This document shows positions 30,885-41,809 of a stretch of 64,000 nt of DNA, piece by piece. Source of the stretch: Sedimentisphaerales bacterium (lineage in GTDB: Bacteria; Planctomycetota; Phycisphaerae; Sedimentisphaerales; Anaerobacaceae); NCBI GenBank assembly GCA_963708075.1, contig OY970194.1, forward strand, positions 4,480,001 through 4,544,000, given 5' to 3'. Under the pieces are notes generated by a model. The model had not been told where the DNA came from. It saw only the letters and a program-made list of their open reading frames with translations, and ran no database searches. The number at the start of each line of letters is the position of its first letter. Position 1 is the stretch's first letter. Both the position numbers and the translations under genes were made by a program.

Positions 30885-31721
30885 ATGGCAAAGTTGAGTG
30901 CGTTTGCGGATGAGGCGGTGGAGGATTTTCGCGGACAGGTCGAGTACCTGGTGAAGGAGAAGGTTGGGTACATCGAGCCGCGGTTCTTCAGTAAGAAGAA
31001 TATCATGGACCTGACGCAGCAGGAGCTGAACGAGGCCCGCACGCTGCTTCGGGATCACGGCCTGAAGGTCAGCGCCATCGGCTCGCCCATCGGCAAGGTC
31101 CGGCTGGACCAGCCATTCGAGCCGCACCTCGAAAAGTTCAGGCACGCCATCGAACTGGCCGAGTTCTTCGGCACGCCGTTCATTCGCATGTTCAGCTACT
31201 ACGCCCCCGAAGGCAAGAACATCGACGATTATCGCAGCCAGGTCATGGAACGCATGGCGGCCAAGCTCAAGCTCATCGAGGGCACCAATGTCACGATGGT
31301 CCATGAGAACGAGGCCAACATCTACGGGCACTCGGCCCAAAGCTGCGCGGACATGGCCAAAACGATCAACTCGCCCAAGTTTCGCTTGGCCTACGATCCG
31401 GCCAATTTCGTCTGGGGCGAGAAGATCACGAACAATGTCGAGGTCTGCTGGCCCGTGATGAAACCCTACGTCGTGCACATCCACATCAAGGACTGGAAGC
31501 TCGGCGCTAAGGATGTCGGCAGCATGCCGGGCGAGGGCGACGGCCAGATCAAACAACTGCTGGCAGAGCTGGCCGCCAGGAAGTACGGCGGATGCGTCAC
31601 GATGGAGCCGCACCTGGAAGCGGGCGGCCAGTTCGGCGGCTCGACGGGCGTGGAGCTGTTCTCCAAGGCCATCGCCGCCGTCCGGCGCATGGCCAAAGAG
31701 GTAGGCCTGAAACTGAATTGA
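30885..31721 (+). CDS. sugar phosphate isomerase/epimerase (xylose-isomerase-like TIM barrel)
   Basis: LSAFADE, IGSPIGK, HENE, YDPANF, HIHIKD, MEPHL. Confidence 0.88.
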   Translation: MAKLSAFADEAVEDFRGQVEYLVKEKVGYIEPRFFSKKNIMDLTQQELNEARTLLRDHGLKVSAIGSPIGKVRLDQPFEPHLEKFRHAIELAEFFGTPFIRMFSYYAPEGKNIDDYRSQVMERMAAKLKLIEGTNVTMVHENEANIYGHSAQSCADMAKTINSPKFRLAYDPANFVWGEKITNNVEVCWPVMKPYVVHIHIKDWKLGAKDVGSMPGEGDGQIKQLLAELAARKYGGCVTMEPHLEAGGQFGGSTGVELFSKAIAAVRRMAKEVGLKLN

Positions 31722-31730
31722 CCCATTGGA

Positions 31731-31810
31731 CACGGACGAACACGGACTGTCACCGACTCTCACGGACATCGCCGTCCGTGTCGGTCTGTGCTTGTCCGTG
31801 TTTGTCCGTG
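31731..31810. repeat. inverted tandem 10-mer (CACGGACnnn) microrepeat
   Basis: CACGGACGAA CACGGACTGT CACCGACTCT CACGGAC, then GTCCGTG units in the opposite orientation. Confidence 0.7.
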
Positions 31811-31836
31811 CAAATCGAGATTGAGGAGTCTGGACT

Positions 31837-32874
31837 ATGAGGACATGGAACTTCGGAGTGGTCGGGGCCGGGTTGATCGCGGATTTTCACGCGAGGGCGA
31901 TTCGCGACATTCCCAACGCGCGATTTGTCGCGTGCTGCGATGCGGTCGCGCCCAAGGCGCAGGCCCTGGCCGCCAAGTACGGGGCCAAGGCGTTCGGCAG
32001 CTACGAGGAGATGCTCAAGAGCAGGGATATTGACATCGTGACAATCGCCACGCCCAGCGGGCTGCACATGGAACCGACAGTCGCTGCGGCCAAGGCGGGC
32101 AAGCACGTGATTTGCGAAAAGCCTGTGGAGATCACGCTGGAGCGGATCGACGCCATGATCGCGGCCCACGAGAAGGCAGGGACACGGCTCGGCGGCATCT
32201 TCCCGTACCGGTTCAATGACATGATGACCCCGCTTCGCGAAGCGATCAAGTCAGACCGTTTCGGCAAGATCACCTATGCCGGCGTCTATGTCCCCTGGTG
32301 GCGCACCGACGCCTACTACAAGGATTCCTGGCATGGAACCTGGAAACTCGACGGCGGCGGGGCCCTGATGAACCAGTCCATTCACATGGTGGACATGCTC
32401 TGCGACCTCATGCCGCCCATCGAATCGGTGCAGGCATACACGGCCACGCTGGGCCACCAGATGGAGACGGAGGACACTGCCGTCGCCGTCCTGCGCTACA
32501 CCGGCGGCGCGCTCGGCGTCATCTACGGCACAACCGCCTCCTACCCGGGCCAGTTCCGCCGGTTCGAAATCACCGGGACCAAGGGGACCGTGATCAATGT
32601 CGAGAACAGCATCACCGTCTGGCAGTTTGCCGACGAGAGACCCGAGGACGAGCAGGTCCGAAAGAAGTTCATGACGATCCAGGGCGGTGGCGGCGTCGCC
32701 GATCCGGCGGCCATCACGCACGAGAACCACACGCGGAACTTCAAAGCGTTTCTCAATGCCCTCGAAACCGGCAAGGACTTCTGGATCAGCGGCCCCGAGG
32801 CCCGCAAAGCCGTCGAGGTGATCCTCGCCATCTACCGCTCCGCCAAGGAAGGCAGGCCGGTGAAGGTCGGGTAG
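31837..32874 (+). CDS. Gfo/Idh/MocA oxidoreductase (cytoplasmic)
   Basis: GVVGAGLIA; ATPSGLH; CEKP; DGGGALMNQSIHMVD. Confidence 0.9.
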   Translation: MRTWNFGVVGAGLIADFHARAIRDIPNARFVACCDAVAPKAQALAAKYGAKAFGSYEEMLKSRDIDIVTIATPSGLHMEPTVAAAKAGKHVICEKPVEITLERIDAMIAAHEKAGTRLGGIFPYRFNDMMTPLREAIKSDRFGKITYAGVYVPWWRTDAYYKDSWHGTWKLDGGGALMNQSIHMVDMLCDLMPPIESVQAYTATLGHQMETEDTAVAVLRYTGGALGVIYGTTASYPGQFRRFEITGTKGTVINVENSITVWQFADERPEDEQVRKKFMTIQGGGGVADPAAITHENHTRNFKAFLNALETGKDFWISGPEARKAVEVILAIYRSAKEGRPVKVG

Positions 32875-32898
32875 TCTCAGGTCTGCAATGTGAGATGC

Positions 32899-34350
32899 CT
32901 ATCGCCTGACGACTACGGGCTCGGCTTTGGGCTCCTGGGTCACGGCCTCGATGGCGGGGGCCACCTGGATTCGCTTGTACTTGTAGATGTCCAGCCGGGA
33001 GGGCTTCTCACGCACGAATTTCGGGCCGCGGCCTGTGACGATCTCCTTCTCCTCCCGAATGAAATCGACGAATTGCAGGAGGGCCCAGGCACTGTTGTTC
33101 CATCGCATCTGGTAGCCCCGCTGATGGGCCTGCCTCTCCATGCGCAGGCGCTTGCGCTCGTTGAAGACGAGGAAATCGATCGCCTGGGCCATCTGCTCGA
33201 CGGAGGGCTCGCCCGAATCGACGAGGATGCCGCGAGCGTAGCGGCCGAGGATCAGGCCCTCGGGGCACGGCCGGTTGGATAGCAGCAACTCCTGCGCGTA
33301 CCGGAACTTCGTCGTGATGGCGACCCGGCCGGAGCCCAGCGTGTCCGCGAGAATCCCGCTGGAGATTTGCTGCATGTTCAGGTACGGCAGGAGCATCGTG
33401 TTCGTGGCGCCGTACAGTTTCAGGAGTACGCCTTCATCGAGAAAGCTGTCGAGGAATACGATGTCATATTCCTCGAAATTGGCATCACCGAATTCCCTGA
33501 CCCTGCACCACTTCGTCTTGGCCTGCTCCAGGGCCTGGCAGATCAGGGCCTGGTACTGTCGGTAGGGCCCGCCCCCCTCGGTTCGGATGAAATCGGGATG
33601 GCATTTGCCGGCGATGAGATAGACCATGTTCTTTCGCTGCTCCGCGGTGCAGGACTCGTCGAGGAACAAGCCATAGGCGCGAATGCCGTACTGGATACCC
33701 TTGCCCGGCGAGAGCATGCCGAGAGTCGTGATGAGGAAGCGGTTTTCCAGGCCGTACTCCCGCTTGATCGTCAGGCGGTCGAAATAGGATGGATTGTGCA
33801 TCCGCACGCCGTGGTCGATATGCTTGACTTTGTCGTGCGGGATTCCATACGTCTCCGATTCGAGGATCTGTATAGCACTCTCAATCGTCACGATCAGCCC
33901 GTTGCTGTGCTCAGCGAGGCCCTGGATCGTCGTCTTCTGGTACGGAGTCGGCTGGTCCGGGACCGTGTGCAGATACACCACCGTGATCAGTCCCTTCTCA
34001 TGAAAGGCCTTGGCCAACTCGACGAAGTTGGTGCCCTCGCCGGCCTTTCCCTCCGGGCTGGGGTCCAGTCCAAACTCGTGCTGCAGGATAATCACGGTGG
34101 GATTCCTCCCCTCATTGGCCCGGGTACAGATATGCGTGACGGCGTTGCGCCACGAGTCGGGATTGTACTGATCGATGATCAGATCCACGGGGATGTCGTA
34201 GGGCCCGTGACGGCCATTGATGGCCGCGACGCGAATGCTGCCGACCTCGGCGGTGAAATGCGCCAGTGCTGTCGCCAAGTCGCGGGAGAACGTTCCGATT
34301 CCGCACCGTCGCGGCGGATACGTGCTGACGATCCGTATATTGTACGGCAT
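32899..34350 (-). CDS. GT4-family glycosyltransferase
   Basis: VSTYPPRRCGIGTF; LQHEFG; GMLSPGKGIQY; LPYLN..SSGIL. Confidence 0.85.
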   Translation of the reverse strand: MPYNIRIVSTYPPRRCGIGTFSRDLATALAHFTAEVGSIRVAAINGRHGPYDIPVDLIIDQYNPDSWRNAVTHICTRANEGRNPTVIILQHEFGLDPSPEGKAGEGTNFVELAKAFHEKGLITVVYLHTVPDQPTPYQKTTIQGLAEHSNGLIVTIESAIQILESETYGIPHDKVKHIDHGVRMHNPSYFDRLTIKREYGLENRFLITTLGMLSPGKGIQYGIRAYGLFLDESCTAEQRKNMVYLIAGKCHPDFIRTEGGGPYRQYQALICQALEQAKTKWCRVREFGDANFEEYDIVFLDSFLDEGVLLKLYGATNTMLLPYLNMQQISSGILADTLGSGRVAITTKFRYAQELLLSNRPCPEGLILGRYARGILVDSGEPSVEQMAQAIDFLVFNERKRLRMERQAHQRGYQMRWNNSAWALLQFVDFIREEKEIVTGRGPKFVREKPSRLDIYKYKRIQVAPAIEAVTQEPKAEPVVVRR

Positions 34351-34410
34351 GGCTAACCCCCCATTGCATGTCAAAAGACCGTACGTTCGAGACGCCGAGG
34401 GGTTTGCGCA

Positions 34411-34487
34411 CTTAGGTCCTTTTAGTCCTTTAGGTCCTTTGGGGGTTCAAGGGACCTAAAGGACCAAAGGGACCCAGAGGACTTAAG
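34411..34487. repeat. inverted tandem 9-mer (TAGGTCCTT-like) microrepeat
   Basis: 3 GTCCTT units facing 4 GGAC units. Confidence 0.7.
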
Positions 34488-34491
34488 AGGC

Positions 34492-35352
34492 CTATACACT
34501 GAGGGTTCTCAGTACACCCTTCACAAAGCCGACTGATTCGGCCAGGCCGGGCAGCGGATCGTTTTCATCCTTCTCGTATTCGAACGAGACAATTCCTGCG
34601 TAGTCAATTTTGATGAGGGCCTGCAGGACCTGTGGGATATTGATGACGCCGCGGCCGACCTCGACCGCACCGCCCTTGGCTGTCGCGGCGGAGACATCCT
34701 TCATGTGAACATCATAAAGCCGGTCTGCGTGCTTTTCGATGGAGGCCGCAACATCCACGCCGGCGCGGGCCGTGTGGCCGATGTCGTCGCACAGGCCGAT
34801 TCGCTTATCCAGGTCCTTGATCAGCTCGTACGCGGTTGCCGGAATAGGATACATCTTGTCCGTCGGGCCATGATTATGGATCGCGACCTTGATGTCATAT
34901 TCCTTGACCTTCTTGTCCACCAGCGGGAGCAACTCGGGATTGGGCACGCCGATGATGATTCTCATGCCCGCCGCCTTGGCGTACTCGAATGCCTGATTGA
35001 CCTGCTGCTCGTTCCTCATGTAGATGACGCCCCCGCCATAGAGGTCGAGCCCGGCGTCCTTGACCTTCGCGACGACTTCCCCGATCTGCGCGGGGGTGCT
35101 GTTCATCGCCAGGTGAAAATCCTTGAACGCGATGTGCTTGAGGCCCACCCGCTTGGTCATCTGCAGTGTCTGGTCGAGGTTGAACTTGCGAAGCGTGTAG
35201 GAAGCCAGCCCCAGCTCGAACTTGGCACTCCGTGGTGTGGCAGCAGCAAGCGCAGCCTGCGGACGGCTGGACACGCAACTCGTGACGAAGGCGCCTGCGG
35301 TCCCGGCCGCGGCCACCGTCAAAAACTCTCTTCTGCTCTGAATCTGCTTCAT
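34492..35352 (-). CDS. Tat-exported sugar phosphate isomerase/epimerase-family TIM barrel
   Basis: SRREFL; GLASYTLR; AIHNHGP; DIGH; HMKD; FEYE. Confidence 0.88.
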   Translation of the reverse strand: MKQIQSRREFLTVAAAGTAGAFVTSCVSSRPQAALAAATPRSAKFELGLASYTLRKFNLDQTLQMTKRVGLKHIAFKDFHLAMNSTPAQIGEVVAKVKDAGLDLYGGGVIYMRNEQQVNQAFEYAKAAGMRIIIGVPNPELLPLVDKKVKEYDIKVAIHNHGPTDKMYPIPATAYELIKDLDKRIGLCDDIGHTARAGVDVAASIEKHADRLYDVHMKDVSAATAKGGAVEVGRGVINIPQVLQALIKIDYAGIVSFEYEKDENDPLPGLAESVGFVKGVLRTLSV

Positions 35353-35476
35353 AACACCGTCTCCTTATCAAGACCCATCGCACACCGCGTCACGCACGAC
35401 GCCGGCGCGATGCACGCGCCTATACTACCACAATTGCTGCCGGAACTTGAGGGCAAAAACGTCAGATTTCGTTGCG

Positions 35477-35505
35477 TTGACAGGGGACCGGCGGCGCGGT
35501 ACTCT
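35477..35505 (+). promoter_or_regulatory. sigma70-like promoter
   Basis: TTGACA-17 nt-TACTCT. Confidence 0.55.
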
Positions 35506-35552
35506 CGTACGTGTTGAATCGTCTACGTACCTTTATTTGCGAGGAGTGCCTT

Positions 35553-36887
35553 ATGAGAGGTGTCGAGAGAACGGTATCACGTCGCGACTTTTTGAAAGGC
35601 TCGGCCGTCGCGGGCGCAGGCCTGGTGTTTCCGATGGTTGTCCCTGCGTCAGTCTTCGGCGCGGAAGCCCCGAGTGAGCGGATCAACGTCGGCTGCATCG
35701 GGGTCGGCCGCATGGGGACGGGTGATCTCGGTGAGGCCCTGGGTTTCAAGCAGGTGCAGGTCGTGGCGGTGTGCGACCTGGATACCAGGAGAGCGGGGAT
35801 CGCCCAGAAGAGGGTCGAGTCCACCTACGCCAAGCGAAGCCCCGGCAGCGAGTACAAAGGCTGCGCGGTCTATGGCGACTTCCGAGAGTTGGTGGCGCGG
35901 AACGACATCGATGCCGTGCAAATCGCCACGCCGGATCATTGGCACACCCTGCCCGCTCTGGAGGCCGCACGAAACGGCAAGGACATTTTCCTGCAAAAGC
36001 CGCTGACGTTGACGATTCAGGAGGGACGCATCCTGAGCGACACGGTCCGCCGCTACGGCCGGGTCTTTCAGGTCGGAAGTCAACAGCGATCCGACAAGGA
36101 GTTCCGGACCGCCTGCGAGCTGGTTCGCAACGGCCGGGTCGGCAAGCTCCACACGATCAAGGTCGGCTTTGGAACCGACCCTGGCTGCGAGCCCAAGCCG
36201 ACCATGCCCGTGCCGGAAAACCTGGATTATGAAATGTGGCTGGGCCCCGCCCCATGGGCGCCGTATACCGAGGAGCGGGTGCATCCGCAGAAGAGCATCA
36301 CCGGCCGGCCGGGGTGGCTGCGCATTTCCGACTACGGCGCGGGAATGATCACAGGCTGGGGCAGTCACCATCTGGATATCGCCCATTGGGGCATGGGCAC
36401 CGAGTATACCGGGCCGGTCGAGATCTTGGGCGAGGCGGAATTCCCCAAAGACGGGCTGTGGGACGTGCACGGGGATTTCCGAATCGAATACACCTATGCC
36501 AATGGAGTCAAACTCATTGCCGCGGATGAGAAGAAGATCAAGGGCGGCGTGCGGTTCGAGGGCGACAAGGGCTGGGTTTGGGTAACGCGAGGGGCCATCG
36601 ACGCCGAGCCGAAATCGCTCCTGCAGGAGACCATCGGCCCCGGCGAGACGAAGCTCATTGTGAGCAACAACCACAAGGGCAACTTCTACGAATGCGTCAA
36701 ATCGCGGGCTCCGACCATCGCGCCGGTGGAGGTTGGGCACCGTTCGTGCAGCGCGTGCCTGCTGGGCGACATCGCGATGCGAACCGGCCGCAAATTGCAG
36801 TGGGATCCGGCCAAAGAGCAGTTCGTCAATGATGACGCGGCAAACCGGATGCTCTCCAAGCCCATGCGAGCCCCGTGGCACCTGTAA
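35553..36887 (+). CDS. Gfo/Idh/MocA oxidoreductase, Tat signal
   Basis: SRRDFLK; GCIGVGRMG; ATPDHWH; LQKPLT; WGSHHLD. Confidence 0.9.
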   Translation: MRGVERTVSRRDFLKGSAVAGAGLVFPMVVPASVFGAEAPSERINVGCIGVGRMGTGDLGEALGFKQVQVVAVCDLDTRRAGIAQKRVESTYAKRSPGSEYKGCAVYGDFRELVARNDIDAVQIATPDHWHTLPALEAARNGKDIFLQKPLTLTIQEGRILSDTVRRYGRVFQVGSQQRSDKEFRTACELVRNGRVGKLHTIKVGFGTDPGCEPKPTMPVPENLDYEMWLGPAPWAPYTEERVHPQKSITGRPGWLRISDYGAGMITGWGSHHLDIAHWGMGTEYTGPVEILGEAEFPKDGLWDVHGDFRIEYTYANGVKLIAADEKKIKGGVRFEGDKGWVWVTRGAIDAEPKSLLQETIGPGETKLIVSNNHKGNFYECVKSRAPTIAPVEVGHRSCSACLLGDIAMRTGRKLQWDPAKEQFVNDDAANRMLSKPMRAPWHL

Positions 36888-36942
36888 GTCCTATAGGTCC
36901 TATGAGTCCTATGGGTCCTATTTGATTGATTGGAGATTTGAA

Positions 36943-37899
36943 ATGAGTGGTCGAAGGCAGTTGGTCGGGTTCATAGTGATCGTGGTTGTGGCGGCGTTGC
37001 TGATGCCGGCGTGCCTGTGGGGGCAGGACCCCGTTCCCACGAAGGACGAGATCGCCAAAATGCAGGCGGCGGCGCCGGAGAAACCCCGGGTGCCCCCGGC
37101 CAAAGCCCATAAACTCCTGGTGTTCTCGCGTTCCTGGGGCTACAAGCACACGGCCCGGCCGTTCGGGGCCAAGGCCATCGAAGTCATGGGCAAGAAGACC
37201 GGCGCCTACGAGCCCGTGCTGATCGAGGAGGATGACAGCCTGTTCGAGCCGCAGAACCTCAAGCAATTCGACGCCGTCGTCCTCAATAACACCAACGAAG
37301 AGATCTTTCTGCCGGAGAACTTCGATAAGCTCCCGGCCGATGAGCAGGCCAAGGCCAAGCAACGTGACGAGATGCTCAGGAAGAGCTTCGCCGACTTTGT
37401 GCGCAACGGCGGCGGACTGGCCGTGATTCATGCCGGTGTGGCGAGCTTTCGCACCTGGCCCGAGTTCGGCGAGATCATGGGCGCCCGCTTCGAAAATCAC
37501 CCGTGGGGCGCCGGCTCGACCGTCGTGCTGAAGATCGAGGAGCCCGACCATCCGCTGACCGCCGCGTTCAAGGAGCCGTACTTCATCGTGACCGATGAAA
37601 TCTATCAGTTGGCTGCTCCCTACTCGCGCGACAACCTGCGCGTCCTCGTCACGGTGGACCCCGTCAAAAGCAAAACCACGCCCGAGCAGAAGAAACTCAT
37701 CCGTCGCAAGGACAATGACTTCGCCATGACGTACATCAAGACGTACGGCAAGGGACGCGTGTTCTACAATGCTCTCGGCCACCAGCACGAGCTCTTCTGG
37801 AACCCCATCGTCCTGCAGCATGACCTTGACGGCATCCAGTTCGTCCTCGGCGACTTGAACGCCGACACCACCCCAAGCGCCAAGATCACAAAGAAATGA
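36943..37899 (+). CDS. ThuA-like domain protein, secreted
   Basis: LLVFSRSWGYKH; FDAVVLNNT; GGGLAVIHA; DEIYQ; YGKGRVFYNALGH. Confidence 0.85.
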   Translation: MSGRRQLVGFIVIVVVAALLMPACLWGQDPVPTKDEIAKMQAAAPEKPRVPPAKAHKLLVFSRSWGYKHTARPFGAKAIEVMGKKTGAYEPVLIEEDDSLFEPQNLKQFDAVVLNNTNEEIFLPENFDKLPADEQAKAKQRDEMLRKSFADFVRNGGGLAVIHAGVASFRTWPEFGEIMGARFENHPWGAGSTVVLKIEEPDHPLTAAFKEPYFIVTDEIYQLAAPYSRDNLRVLVTVDPVKSKTTPEQKKLIRRKDNDFAMTYIKTYGKGRVFYNALGHQHELFWNPIVLQHDLDGIQFVLGDLNADTTPSAKITKK

Positions 37900-37937
37900 C
37901 ATCACAGGTCCGTCGATCCGACGGGGCAGGAGAGTAC

Positions 37938-39113
37938 ATGAACAAGAAGACTGTTCGCGCAGGCATTGTCGGGGCCGGGTTCTCGGCGTCCTTTCATTTC
38001 GAGGCCATCGAGCAGGTGTATGGCACAAATGTCGAGATCAAGGGCGTGTACGCGCTCGAAGGGGCGCAGGCCTACGCCGGAAAGCGAGGGATCGTCGCCT
38101 ATGACTCGCTCGAAAAACTGCTCGACGACGTGGACGTGATCCACTGCTGCGCCACGGCCTCTGCCCACGAGCCCATTGCCATCGCCGCACTGGAGCGCAA
38201 CAAGTTCGCGATCGTGGAGAAACCCCTGACTGGCTTTTTCGGCGACGGCTCGGAGGATTTCAATGGCGAGACGTTCCCCAAGGAAACCGCCCGCGAGAAG
38301 GCCCTGGCGAGCATCGAGCGCATGCTGAAGGCGGAGAGCAAGAGCAAGGGGCGGATCCTGTACGCGGAGAACTGGGTGTATGCCCCGTCGATCCAGAAGG
38401 AGCGGGAGATCCTCGAAAAGACCGGGGCCCAGGTCCTCTGGATCCACGGCGAGGAGGCCCACTCAGGATCGCACGCCCGAACCTACGCGTACTGGAAGTA
38501 CTCCGGCGGCGGCGTGATGATCGGCAAGGGTTGCCATCCGCTGGGGGCGGCGCTCTATCTGAAACGAGTTGAAGGCAAGGCACGAAACGGCAAGCCCATC
38601 CGGCCCAAGGCCGTCACGGCCCGCATCCACGCTCTGACACGGATGCCGGGTTTTCGTGACGAGGGACATATCCGGTCGGATTATTTCGACATCGACGATT
38701 TCTCCGTCATGCACGTGATCTTTGAGGACGGCACGATTGCCACGATCTTCGCCTCGGACATCATCCTTGGCGGGATTCACAACTGGCTGGAGGTCGCCGC
38801 GAACAACCACCGGACGTTCTGCAACATCAACCCGAACACGGCGATGCAGACGTACAACCCCGTGGAGGCGAACTTCAAGGACATCTACGTCGTCGAGAAG
38901 ATCGGGACCAAGCAGGGCTGGACGAACCCGTCGCCGGATGAGGACTGGTTCACAGGCTATCCGCAGGAGATCGAGGCGTTCTACCGGACGGTCGCGTACG
39001 GCGAGCCGGTCGAGAGCGACAGCCGCCTTGCCGCCGACTGCATCTCGACCATTTACAGCGCTTACGTCTCGGCGGAGAGCAAGGGCGCTGAGGTCGCGGT
39101 CAAGATCTTCTGA
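37938..39113 (+). CDS. Gfo/Idh/MocA oxidoreductase
   Basis: GIVGAGFSA; IVEKPLTG; YAENWVYAP; HSGSH. Confidence 0.85.
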   Translation: MNKKTVRAGIVGAGFSASFHFEAIEQVYGTNVEIKGVYALEGAQAYAGKRGIVAYDSLEKLLDDVDVIHCCATASAHEPIAIAALERNKFAIVEKPLTGFFGDGSEDFNGETFPKETAREKALASIERMLKAESKSKGRILYAENWVYAPSIQKEREILEKTGAQVLWIHGEEAHSGSHARTYAYWKYSGGGVMIGKGCHPLGAALYLKRVEGKARNGKPIRPKAVTARIHALTRMPGFRDEGHIRSDYFDIDDFSVMHVIFEDGTIATIFASDIILGGIHNWLEVAANNHRTFCNINPNTAMQTYNPVEANFKDIYVVEKIGTKQGWTNPSPDEDWFTGYPQEIEAFYRTVAYGEPVESDSRLAADCISTIYSAYVSAESKGAEVAVKIF

Positions 39114-39168
39114 ATGGACTGAGTGGACCTATAGGACTCATAGGACCTATGATTCTTGGGGACGTGCG

Positions 39169-40203
39169 ATGACGAATGAGCAGTGGCAGAGGTTACTGGC
39201 GGTGATTCGGGGTGAGGTTTTCTCGCCGCTGCAGGTGGGGTTTGTCATCGACAGTCCCTGGCTGCCCGGCTGGGCGGGCATCTCCACGCTCGACTATTAT
39301 GCCAGCGGCGAAAAATGGCTCGAAGCCAATCTCAAGGCGGTCCGCAGCTTCCCCGATGTCCTGTTCCTGCCCGGCTTCTGGTCGGAGTTCGGCATGTGTA
39401 CGGAGCCCTCGGCGTTCGGGAGCAAGTGCCGCTGGGCTGAGCACGAGTTGCCCTTCGCGGATAAGATCATCAAAACCATCAGCGACATCGCTTCGCTGGA
39501 GAAGCCCAATCCCAAGACCGATGGGCTGCTGCCCTTCGTGATTCGGCGCTTGCAGGAGTACCAGGGCCGGATTGAGAAGGCGGGCCATCATATCCGGTTT
39601 GCCGTCTCGCGCGGGCCGCTGAATATCGCGACATTCCTGATGGGTACGACGGAATTTCTCATGGCCACCCGCACGAATCCCGATGAGATCCGCGGATTCC
39701 TCACGCTGATCACGGACTTCGTCGTGGACTGGCTCCGGTTTCAAAAGGAATGTTTCCCGTCGATTGAAGGTATCTTCATCCTCGATGACATCGCGGGCTT
39801 TCTCGGGCCGCAGGACTTCAAGAGCACGGCGTTGCCCTACCTGAAGCGGGTTTTCGGCTGCCTGGATGTGCCGGTCCGGTTCTTCCACAACGACGCGCAG
39901 GGTCTCATCTCGGCCGGCTTTCTCAATGAGATCGGCGTCAACCTGTTCAACTTCAGCTTCGAGCACTCGCTGGCGGAGATGAAAGCCCGGACCGGAGGGA
40001 CGGTAACACTCCTGGGAAACATCCCGCCGCGAGACGTCCTGGCCCAGGGCACTCCCGAGGATGTCATGAGAGCGGTTAAAGCCGCCACTGAGCCATTGAG
40101 TGACATGAGCCGGATCATTCTCTCCTGCGGCGGCGGCATCCCCCCCGCGGTCCCCACCGAGAACATCACCGCGCTTATCACTGCGGCGAAACAAGTCCCT
40201 TAG
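39169..40203 (+). CDS. uroporphyrinogen decarboxylase (URO-D/MtaA-like) family protein
   Basis: EPSAFG; RGPLNIA; FFHND; LLGNIPP; ILSCGGG. Confidence 0.8.
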   Translation: MTNEQWQRLLAVIRGEVFSPLQVGFVIDSPWLPGWAGISTLDYYASGEKWLEANLKAVRSFPDVLFLPGFWSEFGMCTEPSAFGSKCRWAEHELPFADKIIKTISDIASLEKPNPKTDGLLPFVIRRLQEYQGRIEKAGHHIRFAVSRGPLNIATFLMGTTEFLMATRTNPDEIRGFLTLITDFVVDWLRFQKECFPSIEGIFILDDIAGFLGPQDFKSTALPYLKRVFGCLDVPVRFFHNDAQGLISAGFLNEIGVNLFNFSFEHSLAEMKARTGGTVTLLGNIPPRDVLAQGTPEDVMRAVKAATEPLSDMSRIILSCGGGIPPAVPTENITALITAAKQVP

Positions 40204-40231
40204 GTCCCTCTGGTCCTTGTCCTCTCCCGTG

Positions 40232-41806
40232 CTATACCTCCAGCAGCCCATGCCAATGCCTGCCGTCCGCTTCGACCAGGGCATCAGCTTGGGGGAAGCT
40301 CTCGCTGCCGGCGGGATATTCAACCGGGGCTTCGGGGCTCTTCTCCCACTCCTTCAGCACAGGCGTCAGGAGTTGCCAGGCCACGCGGACGCTGTCGAAT
40401 CTCGTGAAGAGCGTCTGATCGCCGGCCATGCAGTCCAGCAGCAGCCGCTGGTAGGCCTCGGGCATCTCCACCCTGAAGACCTGCTTGTAGCTGAAGTTCA
40501 TGGCCAGCGTACCCATGCAGATTTTCGAGCCCGGCCGCTTGGCCTGGAATCGCAGTGCAATCCCCTCCTCCGGCTGGATGTGAAACGCGAGGATATTCGG
40601 CGGCATCTCGGGCAGGCCCGCCGAACCGAACAGCGAATGGGGAACGCTCTTGAACGTGACGACGATCTGCGTGTCCTTCTTGGCCATCCGTTTGCCTGTG
40701 CGCAGGTAGAAAGGCACGTCTTTCCATCGCCAGTTGTCGATGAGGACCCTGGCAGCGGCGAACGTCTCGGTCCTGGAGTTGGGGTCCACACCCTCTTCCT
40801 GGTGATATCCAGGCACCTGCCCGTTGATAAGACCGGGACCATACTGGCCGCGCACGATTTCCGATCGCAGGCCGCGGTTTTCGTCTGCCTTGGACCCGGA
40901 AGCCAGCGACCGGATCGAGCACAGGAGCTTGGCCTTCTCATCGCGGACGCTGTCCGCGTCAAAGGAGATCGGGGGCTCCATGGCCACCAGTGTCAACATC
41001 TGAAGCATGTGGTTCTGAAAGATGTCCCGCAGGGCCCCGGATTGGTCGTAATAGCTGGCGCGGTGTTCGACGCCAAGCATCTCCGCGATGGTGATCTGCA
41101 CGTTATCGATGTGGTTGCGGTTCCAGATCGGCTCGAAAATCGCGTTGGCGAAGCGAAAGATCATGATGTTCTGGACGGTCTCTTTGCCCAGGTAGTGGTC
41201 GATCCGATAAATCTGGGACTCCTGGAACCACCGCGAGATCGTGTCATTCAGCCGCGTTGCACTTTCGAGGTCTCTGCCGAAGGGCTTCTCTACGACCAGC
41301 CTGGCCTGCATGTGACACCGGGGCTCATCCTTGCGGGACAGATTGGCCGAACCCAAACGCTCGGCGACAGTCTCGTACAGGACGGGCGGGACAGCCAGGT
41401 AGAATACGTCACAGCCTCGAACGCTGTGCTTGTCCCGTAACTCAGCCAGCCGCCCCTTGATACGCTCATAGGCAGCAGGATCGGCATAGTCACCGCTGAG
41501 GTAGTAGCATTTCTCCAGGACCGCGTCCACGACATCGGCCGGAATGTCTCCGGCGTTCTCCTCAATGGACTTCCTGACGGTCTGGCGGAATGCCTCGTCA
41601 GAGTATTCCGTCCGGCCGCAGCCCAGCAGGCAGAAGTGCTTGCTCAGCAGGCCTCGATGCTGAATCTGGGCAAGGCTCGGCAGCAGCTTGCGATGGACCA
41701 GGTCGCCGGAAGCGCCGAAAACAACCATGGCCGTCGGTGGAGCGGGCGTGTCAACGCAGATCGTATCCAGTGCCGCGAGGAAAGGTTGGATCCGCGCGAC
41801 CGCCAT
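40232..41806 (-). CDS. zwf: glucose-6-phosphate 1-dehydrogenase
   Basis: [27 protein letters not shown]. Confidence 0.95.
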   Translation of the reverse strand: MAVARIQPFLAALDTICVDTPAPPTAMVVFGASGDLVHRKLLPSLAQIQHRGLLSKHFCLLGCGRTEYSDEAFRQTVRKSIEENAGDIPADVVDAVLEKCYYLSGDYADPAAYERIKGRLAELRDKHSVRGCDVFYLAVPPVLYETVAERLGSANLSRKDEPRCHMQARLVVEKPFGRDLESATRLNDTISRWFQESQIYRIDHYLGKETVQNIMIFRFANAIFEPIWNRNHIDNVQITIAEMLGVEHRASYYDQSGALRDIFQNHMLQMLTLVAMEPPISFDADSVRDEKAKLLCSIRSLASGSKADENRGLRSEIVRGQYGPGLINGQVPGYHQEEGVDPNSRTETFAAARVLIDNWRWKDVPFYLRTGKRMAKKDTQIVVTFKSVPHSLFGSAGLPEMPPNILAFHIQPEEGIALRFQAKRPGSKICMGTLAMNFSYKQVFRVEMPEAYQRLLLDCMAGDQTLFTRFDSVRVAWQLLTPVLKEWEKSPEAPVEYPAGSESFPQADALVEADGRHWHGLLEV

Positions 41807-41809
41807 GGG

